64,000 nucleotides of DNA, taken from positions 320,001-384,000 of the forward strand of contig CBDAOC010000019.1 of NCBI GenBank assembly GCA_965197925.1, in the 5' to 3' direction. This DNA is from Nitrososphaerales archaeon (GTDB lineage: Archaea; Thermoproteota; Nitrososphaeria; Nitrososphaerales; UBA213). The translations under genes and the position numbers were made by a program. The notes under the pieces are model-generated. The model searched no databases. It was not told the origin of the DNA and worked only from the letters and a program-made list of their open reading frames with translations. Shown piece by piece: positions 11,249-22,799 of this stretch. Every line of letters starts with the position of its first letter. Positions within the stretch are counted from its first letter, which is position 1.

Positions 11249-11827
11249 ATGTTTGCAGGAATTCTAATAATTTTAATGTTAATCCCATTGGAATCATTCG
11301 GTGAAACACAGGAGTTCATGAAAATGATTACACAACAAGACGCAGGCGATTCTTTAGAGGGAACGCTGTCAGAAGAACAGGAAAAGACCGTAGCGCTTGA
11401 AACTATCAACGGATTGTATAAGATACTAGTATTTTGGGAACCCACTGAAATAAAGCCTAACCAGATTGTAAAATTTGATATCAAGTTCAAGGACTCTATG
11501 GCGGGTGAGCTGCTAAATAATGTTTATTACGACTTTAGGGTTACTAAAGATGGAGAACCTATAAAGGAACTTAAAAGCTCTCTAGCAATAAACGGGATTA
11601 CGACCCACACAGTGGAGTTTCCCTCATCTGGCTCATTCAACATAATGGTAAACGTACTGGGCATAGGTGAGTTTATAGAGCCCCAGAATGAGTATGTATT
11701 TTTAGAAATAAAAGTCGTACCTGAATTTCCTCTTAGTACAATAGTAGTTATGGCATCTGTCGTTGGGATAATGATAGCTCTTACTAGGTTTACAATAATG
11801 ACTAAGAAATATGGAAACATAAATTGA
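11249..11827 (+). CDS. PEFG-CTERM-type surface protein
   Basis: Signal peptide; C-terminal VVPEFP + TM helix + basic tail. Confidence 0.85.
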   Translation: MFAGILIILMLIPLESFGETQEFMKMITQQDAGDSLEGTLSEEQEKTVALETINGLYKILVFWEPTEIKPNQIVKFDIKFKDSMAGELLNNVYYDFRVTKDGEPIKELKSSLAINGITTHTVEFPSSGSFNIMVNVLGIGEFIEPQNEYVFLEIKVVPEFPLSTIVVMASVVGIMIALTRFTIMTKKYGNIN

Positions 11828-11880
11828 AAAGTCATACGTTAGATAAATTTTTATCAATGTTTTGATCACTTATCAATTCA

Positions 11881-13014
11881 ATGACCAAATATACAGCTTT
11901 TGTGCTGATATGTATATTGATAGTGGGGGGAGTTTTAGTTACAAGGTCAGCTTACGCGCAAGAGTGGTTTCCTGGAGACAATGCACAGGAAGGCCTTTTG
12001 GTAAAATACAGGATATCCAATTTCGATTTTAAAGGAGGGTCCCCGTTTGATGTAACCCTATGGTTAAATTCAAAGGACGATAGAGGTAATTGGATAACTG
12101 ATATAATAGTTGAAGACAAAGGACAGGTAGTAACCGGAAGACTCATTTTATCATCGCTTACTTTAACACCTCTGGGAGGGGACATATCCCCAGAGCTACA
12201 ACCTTACCGAGCACCCATCAAAGATTCCCTTGCTTGGTTGGATAGTTATGCATCTCAAATTGAACCTAAATCTTTGACTGGAAATAGAGTATGGGGGGTC
12301 ATTGCTGCCATTGGAGGGGGTAGTATAACAGTAAAGCCGGTAGGCGCCGAGACCATTCAGGCCGCTGGTCAATCATGGGATACTTCTATAATTGGGTTCC
12401 ATTATGGGGTTGACAGCAAAGTTTGGATTAAAGATGATTTTCCATTGCCTATAAGAGCGAGAGTATACACTATTTCTACCCAACAACCAATTCCTGTTCA
12501 GTTTGAATTTGAATTGCTAGAAACTAGAATAACTGATATACCGCCTGAACCTCCCAAATCAGAATTACAACTACCAAAACCCCCACTTAGAAGCCTCACT
12601 ACCTCTGCAATATTTTCTGTTGAATTGTACTGGGAACCGATCACTATACAAACTGACGAGTCTACGACATTCACACTAGTAATTTTTGATCAACAAGATA
12701 GAGTTCTAAAAAATGTTCGATACAACTTACTAATAGAAGATGTAAAGGGAAGTACAGTAATTGATGAAGGGTTTTTGGCGGAAGAGGGTCAAGGAAGTCA
12801 TGAAATAACTTTTGAAGAAACTGGACGTACGCACATAACCGTCACAGTACAGGGAACGCTTGGAGGTATGCCTGAAAGAATTATTGAGAAAGCAGAATTT
12901 GAAATCATTGTCGTGCCTGAATTTCCATTGAGCTCAATTATAGTTATGGGCTCAATTGTGACTATTATGGTAATGATGATTAGATTCAAGAGGGTCAAGA
13001 TGCCCGGTCTGTAA
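11881..13014 (+). CDS. PEFG-CTERM-type surface protein, two domains joined by a Pro-rich linker
   Basis: Signal peptide ..SAYAQ; VVPEFP + TM helix + RFKR. Confidence 0.88.
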   Translation: MTKYTAFVLICILIVGGVLVTRSAYAQEWFPGDNAQEGLLVKYRISNFDFKGGSPFDVTLWLNSKDDRGNWITDIIVEDKGQVVTGRLILSSLTLTPLGGDISPELQPYRAPIKDSLAWLDSYASQIEPKSLTGNRVWGVIAAIGGGSITVKPVGAETIQAAGQSWDTSIIGFHYGVDSKVWIKDDFPLPIRARVYTISTQQPIPVQFEFELLETRITDIPPEPPKSELQLPKPPLRSLTTSAIFSVELYWEPITIQTDESTTFTLVIFDQQDRVLKNVRYNLLIEDVKGSTVIDEGFLAEEGQGSHEITFEETGRTHITVTVQGTLGGMPERIIEKAEFEIIVVPEFPLSSIIVMGSIVTIMVMMIRFKRVKMPGL

Positions 13015-13061
13015 ATAGATATATTTTCAATATTCAATCACGAATAGCTAGGTGTGCTTAT

Positions 13062-13645
13062 ATGTCAAGTCTATCAAAAATACTGGGAGTTGCGGGGGGA
13101 GTGAGAATTGTGATATTAATAGGCATAATAGGATATGGAGAAATGACAAGATCATCAAGAAGTGGTTTTTTGGAAGTTCCTACTGAACATTGGAAGGTTG
13201 GATATTCATTGAAAGAGAAGACCAGAAATGGTATTTATCACTAGCAGTCGAAGATCCTTCCAAAGGCACTATTAAACAAGGATTGGTCATGTTAAGATTT
13301 TTGATAGATAATGGCACTATAAATCCAGAAATGAAGCCATGTATGGAAATAATAAATAGTTCTATACTATGGATAGTAGACTTTGCACTCGAACCGAAAT
13401 ATCTATCCAGTGGTGCAGTTTGGGGAAGTATAACACACGGTGTGCATAAAGAAGAAATTAAGATTACCTTGAGAGAGCAGGTCTTAACAGAGGCCGGGAT
13501 GTTTTCCTCTTTTGTTTTAAGTTACATGTTAGAAGACAAGGAAAGCAAGTTTTGGATAGTAAAAGATAAACCACTGCCAGTAAAGGCTCGACCCTTTGAT
13601 TCAGACGGAAAGTTGCAGTTCGAGTTTGAATTGGTGAATAATTAA
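13062..13645 (+). pseudogene. Frameshifted membrane-anchored paralogue of the N-terminal domain of 11881-13014
   Basis: ORFs 13062-13244 and 13190-13645 join; shared EPK.L...VWG.I and SK.WI.KD.PLP..A...QFEFEL motifs. Confidence 0.7.
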
Positions 13646-13649
13646 ACCG

Positions 13650-14129
13650 CTATATGGATCCTATTCTATAGCAAAAGATCAATAGCCAGTCTACAAATTT
13701 CCTAACATCATCACCTATTTGACACCATATATTTATGGAGCCTGGTAAAATATCAATCCTGCCTTTCTGCAGAAAAAGCTTTACTCCTTCCATACCTTGA
13801 TACATGAAAGCATCTTTAGATTCAATTTGTTCAAACATTTCCTCCGCCTTTTCCTTTATTCTATCTTTTGGTATAAGAAATTTCTTTCTTCTTGGATCCA
13901 GAATAATAGTCATGTTTTCAGTTCCAAAAGAATTTAAATCTGATATTTTTTTTGAGTCGGGAAAGTGTAACTGCAGGGAAACTCCATGTTTTGCACTAAC
14001 AGAATAAGCCATCTCGTTAATCTGCACAAATACCCTTCCGGGATTATTTTTACTCATTTCTGTCATCACACTTTTATTTTTCTCAAGCTGTAACTTCAAT
14101 TCATTAAGCATAATAGTGAAACTCATCAA
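13650..14129 (-). CDS. Hypothetical protein
   Basis: 159-aa ORF with normal composition; contains GRIDILPGSINIW. Confidence 0.7.
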   Translation of the reverse strand: MMSFTIMLNELKLQLEKNKSVMTEMSKNNPGRVFVQINEMAYSVSAKHGVSLQLHFPDSKKISDLNSFGTENMTIILDPRRKKFLIPKDRIKEKAEEMFEQIESKDAFMYQGMEGVKLFLQKGRIDILPGSINIWCQIGDDVRKFVDWLLIFCYRIGSI

Positions 14130-14418
14130 GAATGAGCTGTCTACTATGATATTATATGTTTATCAGATTTCATTAGTTGATACTAATATAACAATTGATT
14201 ACTCCAAATTCATAGATATTAAATGGGATAAAGGTTTTCCCATTCTTAATTTTTCTATACATTCACGATAGAAACAGGTAATACTTCAAAGATTCATTAA
14301 TGTATAAGAGAGACAATATGTTGATATCAATTTCAAATTATGGTTGTATAAGGTTACAAATATTGATAATGAAAAATCGATAAGCGATAGGCCAAAGCCA
14401 GGATAGCCCATAAATAGC

Positions 14419-15295
14419 CAACTCATCTCAAAACCCTACAATACATCAAAAATGATGCAAGATTAACAAATGCCAGATAGTTTTCTGCCGTTCTTTCATA
14501 CCTGGTTCTTGTTCTGTGAAATCCATTCTTGAGCCATGCAAAGAATCTCTCAACTACAAATCTTGTCTTGTTGTAATGTTTGCAATCATTATTTTGCAAG
14601 ATGAACTTGGAATTTATTTTGTATGGGATGCAACATGCAATATTTCTATTCCACAACCACAAATACATTCTGATGTATTTTGCATCATTTTGTCTGCATA
14701 AACTGGTTCTATCTGTTGTATTGAATCATCATCAAGATAGTCTGAAATTGATCCTGTAACATCCATGCATTTTGTACTGTCATGTTCATTTGCTGGACTC
14801 AACAGTATGGATATTGGAAATCCGTTACCCTCTACTGCGGCATGTATTTTTGTACCTGTTATTCTCTTGAATCCATTATATCCAGTTACATTGCCCCTTT
14901 TTTATCAGGAATGGATGAAGAGTCAACTGATTTTTGTAGATTAATTTTGCCAGATTTATGTGCTGAGTGAATAGTACGTGATAGAATCTTTTTCCAGATT
15001 CCTTTTTGTTGCCATTTGTTTAACCTTCTGTTTGCAGTAGAATCATCACCATATCTTTTTGGCATATCGTCCCATCGGCATCCAGTAGTTAGAACATGGA
15101 TTATTCCGTTAATGATTTTTCTATCATCATCCCTAGGCCTGCCAGTTTTTGCATGTGGTGGTATGTGTGATTCCATCATACTCCACTGTTTGTCTGATAA
15201 TTCTTGGAATTTCATAAAATAATTTTAGATGTCGCTATTCATGGATCTAAATGGTCGCTAAAAATTGTCTAAATGGTTAGTTTTGAGATGAGTTG
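14419..15295 (-). mobile_element. IS5 family A copy 2 (defective)
   Basis: Identical to 8023-8902 except a 3-bp deletion; AGC target duplication on both sides. Confidence 0.94.
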
Positions 15296-15711
15296 AGCTT
15301 ATGATTGCTCATCACACTTAACATGATACTTTGACATCTGGGAGGATTTGTTATCATTGGTGAAGATTATTTAGACAAGACCCTAGCAATGCTGGGAAAT
15401 CAGGGGACGAAATGCAATTGAGTACCAGTGTTGAATAGACAAAACCTGATGTGTCAATTATTAAGTGTAAACACAGAGCGTAATTTAGTAAGCAGGAAAA
15501 GAATTGATAAGAAGGAATTAGCTATGTACAACTCAAAGGATGAACATTTACCGTTATTGTCTTTTCTTGAACATGATTGTAGATATATTTAACGGGTTTT
15601 CTCACTATCATCTTACGAGAATTTTAGAATCAAAGAAGATAAAATGCGTTAATTCTAAAGTCAATCACAATATCACAAATCAAGCGTTGTATCTACCTTG
15701 ATGTTGATTAA

Positions 15712-16753
15712 GAGCTTATCCGAAAATTAACATCATAGCCTAATTGTTTATACCGAAACAGATCTAGATCTGTCCTCTCTAGCTAAATTTGTGAGAAAAT
15801 CAAAGAAAAAGAGCATGCCGACCATATAGAACATACCAAATGATCTATGGGTAGAGTTCAAACTAGTGTTGCCACCAGAGAAACCAGCAAGAACAGTTGG
15901 AAGGCCAGCTGTACCATTTAGAAAAGTGTTGAATGGAATACTGTACGTATTAAGAACTGGATGCCAGTGGAAGAAGGTATCTAAAGAATTTGGTTCTGGC
16001 TCAACTTGCCATGCAAGATTTCAGGAATGGATTGGGATAGGAGTATTCAAGAAGGTATGGAAGAGGCTGCTGGAAATATATGATGAATTGAAGGGTATAG
16101 GATGGGACTGGCAATCCATGGATAGCGTACCGAAGGCCCCATTAGGGGGAAAACGACCGGAGCAAACCCAACGGATAGAGGCAAGCTAGGTACCAAACGT
16201 CACATGCTTGTTGATAGAAGAGGTATTCCTCTCTCATCTGTAATTACTGAAGCAAATAAACACGATATGAAATCAGCCTTTCCTACAATAGATAGCATTG
16301 TTGTTGATAGGCCCAAAGTTAAACAGAACATATGCATGAATAGGATATGATTTCCCTGAGATAGAGTATGGAGTTAGGAAGGGGATATGTGGATCACATT
16401 CGTCATAAGGGTGAAGTGTTGAAAAAGAATTTGTACAAAGCAAAGAGATGGGTTGTAGAAAGAACCGCATCTTGGCATAACAGGTTCAGAAAGTTATTGG
16501 TAAGGTTCGAGAAGAGAGAGGAAAATTATCAGGCGCTAGTAGAATTTGCTAACTGCCTAATAGTGTATAGAGCGATATATTGGTAGTGTCATAAACACGT
16601 TAATGCAACTGTTTCTAGTATCTACTATCTACAATACTAATAAAATCAATAGTAAGAAAACTAAACCCGACAGTTTGAACTAATATTCTTGCATTCTAAA
16701 TGTTATCATTTCTACCAATCATTAACTATCAGCTAGAATTTTAGGATAGGCTC
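15712..16753 (+). mobile_element. IS5-family element, family C copy 1 (defective)
   Basis: TIRs GAGCTTATCCGAAAATT / AATTTTAGGATAGGCTC; TAA target duplication; orfA LRTGCQW, GGGGGAAAA shift site, orfB RWVVERT. Confidence 0.94.
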
Positions 16754-16878
16754 TAAGACCAGAAAGAAACAAATTGTTGCTACCTACTAATTGTAATTAT
16801 GCCCAACCTACATAGTTTTAAATTAGACAATAATCAGACCATTAACATTTAAATTAGTTTCAACTGTCTCATTTTTCG

Positions 16879-17655
16879 ATGTCTAAAAATGTGAGGATTA
16901 TTTATAATATAACACAATTACCTGAGCTTGAGGAACCATTTCTTGTTTGTGGTTTACCTGGTAGCGGGTATGTAGGGAAGTTAGCAGTGGAACATCTTAT
17001 ACAAGAAGTTAAAGCAATATTACTTGCTGACATATACTCAAACTCATTTCCACCACAAGTTATGATCAAGAGTGACGGCACCGCTGATCTAATGAAAAAT
17101 GCAGTATATTATTGGAAGAATGATGGTAACCCTGATCTGCTTTTGCTCACTGGTGATTCACAGCCATCAACTCCTGAGGCCGAGTATAGATTAGGGAACG
17201 AGATTCTTGAACTTGCTGAAAAATTTCATGCCAAGACAGTCTTCACGCTAGCAGCATATATCACTGGAGTTTTTGTCGAAAAACCAAAGGTCTATGCAAC
17301 TGCAACAAGTGTATTTCACCTTCAAGAATTCAAGACCCGAGGGATTTCTGTAATGGATGGAGGTAGTATAACAGGTATGAATGGATTACTGATCGGGCTA
17401 GCTAAACTGAAGGGAATGAATGGTATATGTCTCCTTGGAGAAACATCTGGATACGTTGTTGATGCAAAAGCATCACAAGCGGTTTTAGAGGTATTGTTGG
17501 AGAAAGTAGGCATAACCATCGATATGAAAAACTTGGAGAAGAGAGCCAAAGATACAGAATTGTTAATTCAAACTTTAGAGCGACAAATGGGAACAAGTTC
17601 TCCAACTGAACAACAAACTAGATACCAAAGTAAGGATGTTGGTTATATTAGTTAA
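16879..17655 (+). CDS. PAC2-family proteasome assembly chaperone
   Basis: GLPGSGYVGKLA, FPPQV, GDSQP, CLLGETSGYVVD. Confidence 0.92.
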   Translation: MSKNVRIIYNITQLPELEEPFLVCGLPGSGYVGKLAVEHLIQEVKAILLADIYSNSFPPQVMIKSDGTADLMKNAVYYWKNDGNPDLLLLTGDSQPSTPEAEYRLGNEILELAEKFHAKTVFTLAAYITGVFVEKPKVYATATSVFHLQEFKTRGISVMDGGSITGMNGLLIGLAKLKGMNGICLLGETSGYVVDAKASQAVLEVLLEKVGITIDMKNLEKRAKDTELLIQTLERQMGTSSPTEQQTRYQSKDVGYIS

Positions 17656-17660
17656 AATTT

Positions 17661-17951
17661 TTATTCCAGAATGTTTAACTTGCCGTATTTCCCTATACTA
17701 ACCTGATTCTCTCCCCTAAAGCTTGTAGTATATCCATTCTCTATGCCAATCTTTGTACCTGCTTTGACTAATTCTATATGATCTTCCCATAACGACAGTT
17801 TAATTTTTCCACTATCATCTTCTATCATAACATCCGCAACTTTAGCAGTTCCCCCATCTCTCTTATTCACAGTTCTTGCTTCCGAAATGCTTACCACTGA
17901 CGCTTCAATGTTGACGCTTCTCATTCCACTCCTAAGTTCTGATATCTTCAT
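17661..17951 (-). CDS. ssb: Single OB-fold ssDNA-binding protein (crenarchaeal SSB/RPA type)
   Basis: MKISEL...DDSGKIKLSLW...IENGYT..FRGE..VSIGKYG. Confidence 0.92.
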   Translation of the reverse strand: MKISELRSGMRSVNIEASVVSISEARTVNKRDGGTAKVADVMIEDDSGKIKLSLWEDHIELVKAGTKIGIENGYTTSFRGENQVSIGKYGKLNILE

Positions 17952-17997
17952 AACACGGCTATAATTAGTTCAGCATAATAAAAGTTTCCATTTTCTT

Positions 17998-18117
17998 GTT
18001 GTGTCGAATAATCAACCAGAAGTTCGTGAATATTTCATAGAATATGATTTTGATCAGTTATTATTGATATGTGTGCCTGATAGGAACTGGCAAGGGTGTA
18101 ATGAAGCACTGGTAAAG
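17998..18117 (+). mobile_element. Orphan left end of an IS903-like element with the transposase start (MPDRNWQGCNEALVK)
   Basis: 18003-18093 is the reverse complement of 22180-22270 with one mismatch. Confidence 0.85.
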
Positions 18118-18262
18118 TCTGAACGGTCACTCATCTATTTCCTGTTTAATATCCGAAGAGCATCTACCTAGTATGCTGAAATGGGTTTTTCCATCGGAGG
18201 CCATATCATTATATGAATTGAGTATTTGGCCCAGATACTCATCTCAATCTTCTTTTATCAAA

Positions 18263-18760
18263 CTAATTCTGAATTTTGCATTCGGAAGCAAGTCCTTTAA
18301 CAGTCAAATAATATGTAAATATCAAAATTCCTATAGAAATGATTCTCAAGGGAATTTCGTAGTGGGTAAGAAAGGCGGCGGCAATGGCTCCGTATACACC
18401 GAAACTTGATACTATCGCAAATCCAATCGAGCCACAACTACAGGCACCAGCACTGGCCCCAATTAGGGCTCCTAAGAAGCCTGAACTTCCCTTCCTTAGG
18501 CTTGTGCGTATTAACCTCATCCTATAAATGCTCATACAAATCACGAGTCCAGACAACGCAGAAACTACTACAATCAAGGAAAAACTCAGTATTGCTTCGT
18601 GTGGTACATAAAATACAATAAAAGGTGCTATAAAGAGATATTCTGAAACAATGCAAAGTGATACCAGCATGGCTACAAATATAGAGACGGCCAGCAGCAA
18701 GTATATTTGAATAGAAAAAATAAGCACTAAGATTTGTTTATTGCTGTACAACCAACGCAA
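18263..18760 (-). CDS. Multi-TM membrane protein with a GACSCG motif, start uncertain
   Basis: Hydrophobic helices and ASAGACSCGSIG (possible metal binding). Confidence 0.65.
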   Translation of the reverse strand: MRWLYSNKQILVLIFSIQIYLLLAVSIFVAMLVSLCIVSEYLFIAPFIVFYVPHEAILSFSLIVVVSALSGLVICMSIYRMRLIRTSLRKGSSGFLGALIGASAGACSCGSIGFAIVSSFGVYGAIAAAFLTHYEIPLRIISIGILIFTYYLTVKGLASECKIQN

Positions 18761-20028
18761 TATTTAGTCAACTGCCTTTCAGAATACAAAACATGATTGA
18801 GATTTAACAATCCTTTCCAGGTTTCCAAGAGGTCCGACTAATAAATGTTTATGGTGCTCAACTCAATTTGTGTTACTTGTAGATTTGTTATAAGCCATTC
18901 TTTCAATAAAATTTCTTGAATCTAAGAATTTGTTGGATCCTTCTATATCATGACCGACTTAATTGTTTTAATGCATTTGGCCCAGTCAATCCATTTTGTA
19001 TATTTTCCTGACTGTCGTAGAAATTTCATAATATTACCAGGCGTCTTGTATGATCATCGGCACATTAGAAAGATTGTGAAGTAGATTCCCGGTCGGTGCC
19101 CAAAAATAAAGTCCTAGAAAATATAATTTGGTTTTACCCGTTTCTGTATAGAAAGTATTTTTTTGTTGGTTTTTCGTTGAAAAATCACAGGTGGATCTTG
19201 CATATAGAAAGACTTTAAACTCTTTAATTGTAGATGTGGTATTTATTGAACTTAACCAAGGAATCTATAGATGATTCAATACCCACAGTTGACCTGTTGA
19301 CTTTCGATGTTGTTCATGACATTAGTTTCCATTGTAAAGGCCCTGCCCTTTTTTAATTCCTACATGTGAACCATAATTTGATATGGTGATAATGAAAACC
19401 CGAGGATCATGCATTTCGCTATACTCTTACTCTCTTCAAATATGATATGCTTGCATCCTAAATCCAGAGAATCCAATGTAGGTCTGTAACATACACCTTA
19501 ATCCACTAATATAATGGCTTATTTGTACAATATTGTAATATCTGTTTTAAGAATATCTGAGCTTCCAGACTACTCGTTAATGAAATCATATTCTCAGCAC
19601 TTTCTTGCTGACTACATCTCTGGCAACCTCATATGAACCCTCGTTCATTTGCCTAAATTGGTCTTTGTTTCACCAACAGCTAATTGTCTTCTATACATCT
19701 TATCTTGCACTGATGATTCCTTTCGAATTGTATTATATCATAGCCTTACTGATTCATACGAAAATCTACCAAATGATGATGTCTCCCTATATAATAATCC
19801 AGATTAGTGGATCAAGGTAACGATAATCATGATGTTTGCAAGTATCTTGGTATGGTTTAATATTTTAGCCTCCATGGCTGTTTCTACAATTACATCAATA
19901 GTAATTACATATAGGATGAGGCGATAAATATGCAAAGAGGTAAAACAAACACTATCTTAGCAAATTCCTATCTTGTGATCATCATTTTGGGTACGAGTTA
20001 TATATTCTCACTCTTTTATGTGTGCAGT

Positions 20029-20127
20029 GCAGGGGTACCAAAGCCTGGTCAACTGGGCGGGACTCAAGATCTACAATGAGTGATCCCGTCTCTTAGGAGT
20101 TCGTGGGTTCAAATCCCACCCCCTGCA
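20029..20127 (+). tRNA. tRNA-Leu(CAA) with a 14-nt intron at 37/38 (20069-20082)
   Basis: Acceptor GCAGGGG/CCCCTGC, CGGGA-CTCAAG^A-TCCCG, long variable arm, GTTCAAATC T loop. Confidence 0.93.
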
Positions 20128-20330
20128 TACCTTGTTTATTTCTCTATGCTAAGTGCTAATAACTTGAATTGTATATTTTTATTAAGATTAAGCATCTTAC
20201 ATAACATAAAGAATAAAAAATAAAGAAGCTGTTGGAAAATCAGTAATTCCTTAATAGGGTGTATCATCATATATTGTTTTGGATATCTTAATTGAATATT
20301 AAAAAGGAGTTAATAACACCCAACAAATAA

Positions 20331-20954
20331 TTATTTTATTCTGATCAAGGTACTGAGACCACGTTTTTCAATACCGAAATTGTTTGTTACCTCCTCAGCG
20401 GTTATGGTTACAGAAATAATGTCAGTTAGTATGCATGAACTCGCATCAAGTATAATAAATTCATCCAATTCTTCTTTTGACTGAAAATCTATTTGATCTG
20501 CAATAACCGGTACATCACAAGAACCAAGGAGCTGGACAAATTGTTCTTTGGTGTAGTAAGCGACCTTTATGTTTCGGTCTTTGCGAGGCTTTGCTTTAAT
20601 ATCAAGGCGGATATTACCCGCTGGAGCATTTACATATCTTGACTGGTCTCCAACGAAGATAAAAAAGTCAAATGGATAACCCGCAGTATGTTCTGCCATT
20701 TTGTTTATACCATCGTCTTTTATAATGTCGACCTTCTTTATAGTATTACCAAACTTTCCTATCCATCCATTCGTAGTTTCTACAACTTTGTCTATTGAAT
20801 TTTTTCTTAAAACATTCTCTTCTTCTTTTAAATTGTATCTATCAACCCAAGCCTTGTAATCCAAACTTATATCTTCTATGAACTGAATACATGTTAATTT
20901 ATAATCATCAATACTAGTTGCCCTTTCAGACTCGAAATCTACACCGAACGACAT
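20331..20954 (-). CDS. Hypothetical protein, possible PD-(D/E)xK nuclease
   Basis: GYPFDF...LDIKAK motif; convergent on tRNA-Leu. Confidence 0.55.
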   Translation of the reverse strand: MSFGVDFESERATSIDDYKLTCIQFIEDISLDYKAWVDRYNLKEEENVLRKNSIDKVVETTNGWIGKFGNTIKKVDIIKDDGINKMAEHTAGYPFDFFIFVGDQSRYVNAPAGNIRLDIKAKPRKDRNIKVAYYTKEQFVQLLGSCDVPVIADQIDFQSKEELDEFIILDASSCILTDIISVTITAEEVTNNFGIEKRGLSTLIRIK

Positions 20955-21282
20955 CGCAATTTAGCCCACCTCATTGCATAAAAAGCTGTAACATATTTCT
21001 TATTAGTATGCCATTGTTGAACTAGCGTTTTCTATTACACCTTAGCTAAAGTGATTAATTAATTCTCTTCAATGAGTTAGAAAAGATTAATCTAATCAAT
21101 AGGTAATGGATTGCTATAAATAGTGCTGAGACATGATTTTACCTAGAATTGTCATCACTTTGATGGGTTAGTTCCTTTTAGCAATTTATTATACCACCAA
21201 GTTATAGAATGGATCAAAGTATCGCATCAATCATCTATTATCTCATACTTCTAGGGCGTTTATTAGCACTCCATGAATATCC

Positions 21283-22275
21283 GCTATGTCGAATAATTAC
21301 CATATTATAGTAGTTATTCAAACCCTTTTGGATTGATTGCAATGAACATGTTGTATATGGATGCGTTTAGCATTAGTTTCTTTACCATATTCTTCCATCC
21401 TACTGCCTTTAAAAGCTCACCAAAAATACCTTGAATCCAGAGAAAACCGATGCTACAGCCCATCTGTGTCCATATTTATGATTCTTCTTCCATATATCAA
21501 GATTCCCCTTCTACTCTATTACTGATAGCTTACTGGGCCTTGGAACGAATCCCTTAGCTTTTAGCGATTCATTACTCCCCAACCTTTATCACTGGTTCAA
21601 CGCAGCTATTTGATAGAAACCTGAAGTTCCTTCTAGAATCATAAGCTCCATCTGCTATCACCTTGGTCACAATACTTTTCTTCAACACTTTTTAACATAG
21701 ATATCATCTTCTTGCTGTCAGGTACACGCCTAGTTACCCCCATACAACTATCTCTTTGCTTTCCTTACCCACAGCTGTATGCATCTTGATGAATCCCCTT
21801 GTATACCACTTCTTCCTTATCCATTCTCACTGTTTGCTACCTTTATACCAGAGGAATCTGCAGCAATTACAATAACATCCTCCTCTATAATTGATGGGTC
21901 TATCTTAACGTCTATCATCCCTACCTCTCATTCTATGCTTGTGAAGTCAGGTAGATTCAGTCACTTTACATGGTAACTTACTTCACCATTGTGAATCCTT
22001 CTAACTGCTTGTATGGTACCAGGTAACCAAGCATAACAGAAAGCATCGCTAGGAATGATTCTGGATACAGGAATGACGTGCCTACTTTACCTTCTTTCAT
22101 TCTCGCTAATTCGCCAGACCATGAATCTATGAAATCCATATCAAGAAGTATCTCCTCCTCGTACGAGTACAATATATCTTTGCCAGTTCCTATCAGGCAC
22201 ACATATCAATAATAACTGATCAAAATCATATTCTATGAAATACTCACGAACTTCTGGTTGATTATTCGACCCAGC
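21283..22275 (-). mobile_element. IS5-family IS903-like element with decayed transposase
   Basis: TIRs GCTATGTCGAATAAT / ATTATTCGACCCAGC; flanking (T/A)GAATATCC duplication; fragments ELARMKEGKVG..FLYPES, ADSSGIKV, KMHTAV, ADGAYDS. Confidence 0.85.
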
Positions 22276-22310
22276 AGAATATCCAATAAATACTTAATAT
22301 ATGACGTTAA

Positions 22311-22799
22311 ATGATTAATATTTTTATGGTTTTAATACGATATCTGGATAGTTGCATTTTGGACTTGAACGAAATAAATGAAATATTCAGGAAGGGTATA
22401 ATCAAAATTTACTTTGAGCCAGAATTGCAGAGATTAGGTTATAGAAAATCGGATATCAAGCACCCAACTATCAGTTTTGATGGATTGGCAGCCAATAATT
22501 TCCTGCATATATACTTCGACATTAACACTGGTAGTGACTATCCTGATGGGGATGAATGGTTTATAGTTGAATATCTTTTCCCATATAGTGTTAAGCTGCT
22601 AGATAAGTTTAAGGGTCCAGATTATTTTACCACCATAGCCTCAGAAGACGGAAAAAATTTTTGGAGGCATAGAGAACTCATACGTTATAAATACGGCAAG
22701 TCCAAAAAGTTGTGTGGGGCACTAACTTTCATAGATAAAAAGTATAAAGAACTTTGCAGTTCGCTTGAAGAATCATCGGTTACCAGTAATTTGCCATGA
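22311..22799 (+). CDS. Hypothetical protein
   Basis: 162-aa ORF; true start probably TTG near 22359. Confidence 0.7.
   Translation: MINIFMVLIRYLDSCILDLNEINEIFRKGIIKIYFEPELQRLGYRKSDIKHPTISFDGLAANNFLHIYFDINTGSDYPDGDEWFIVEYLFPYSVKLLDKFKGPDYFTTIASEDGKNFWRHRELIRYKYGKSKKLCGALTFIDKKYKELCSSLEESSVTSNLP

Noticed and set aside
16794..16810. Remnant of the 23832 IS terminal repeat (TAATTATGCCCAACCT)
   Set aside because: Short AT-rich match with no associated element body.
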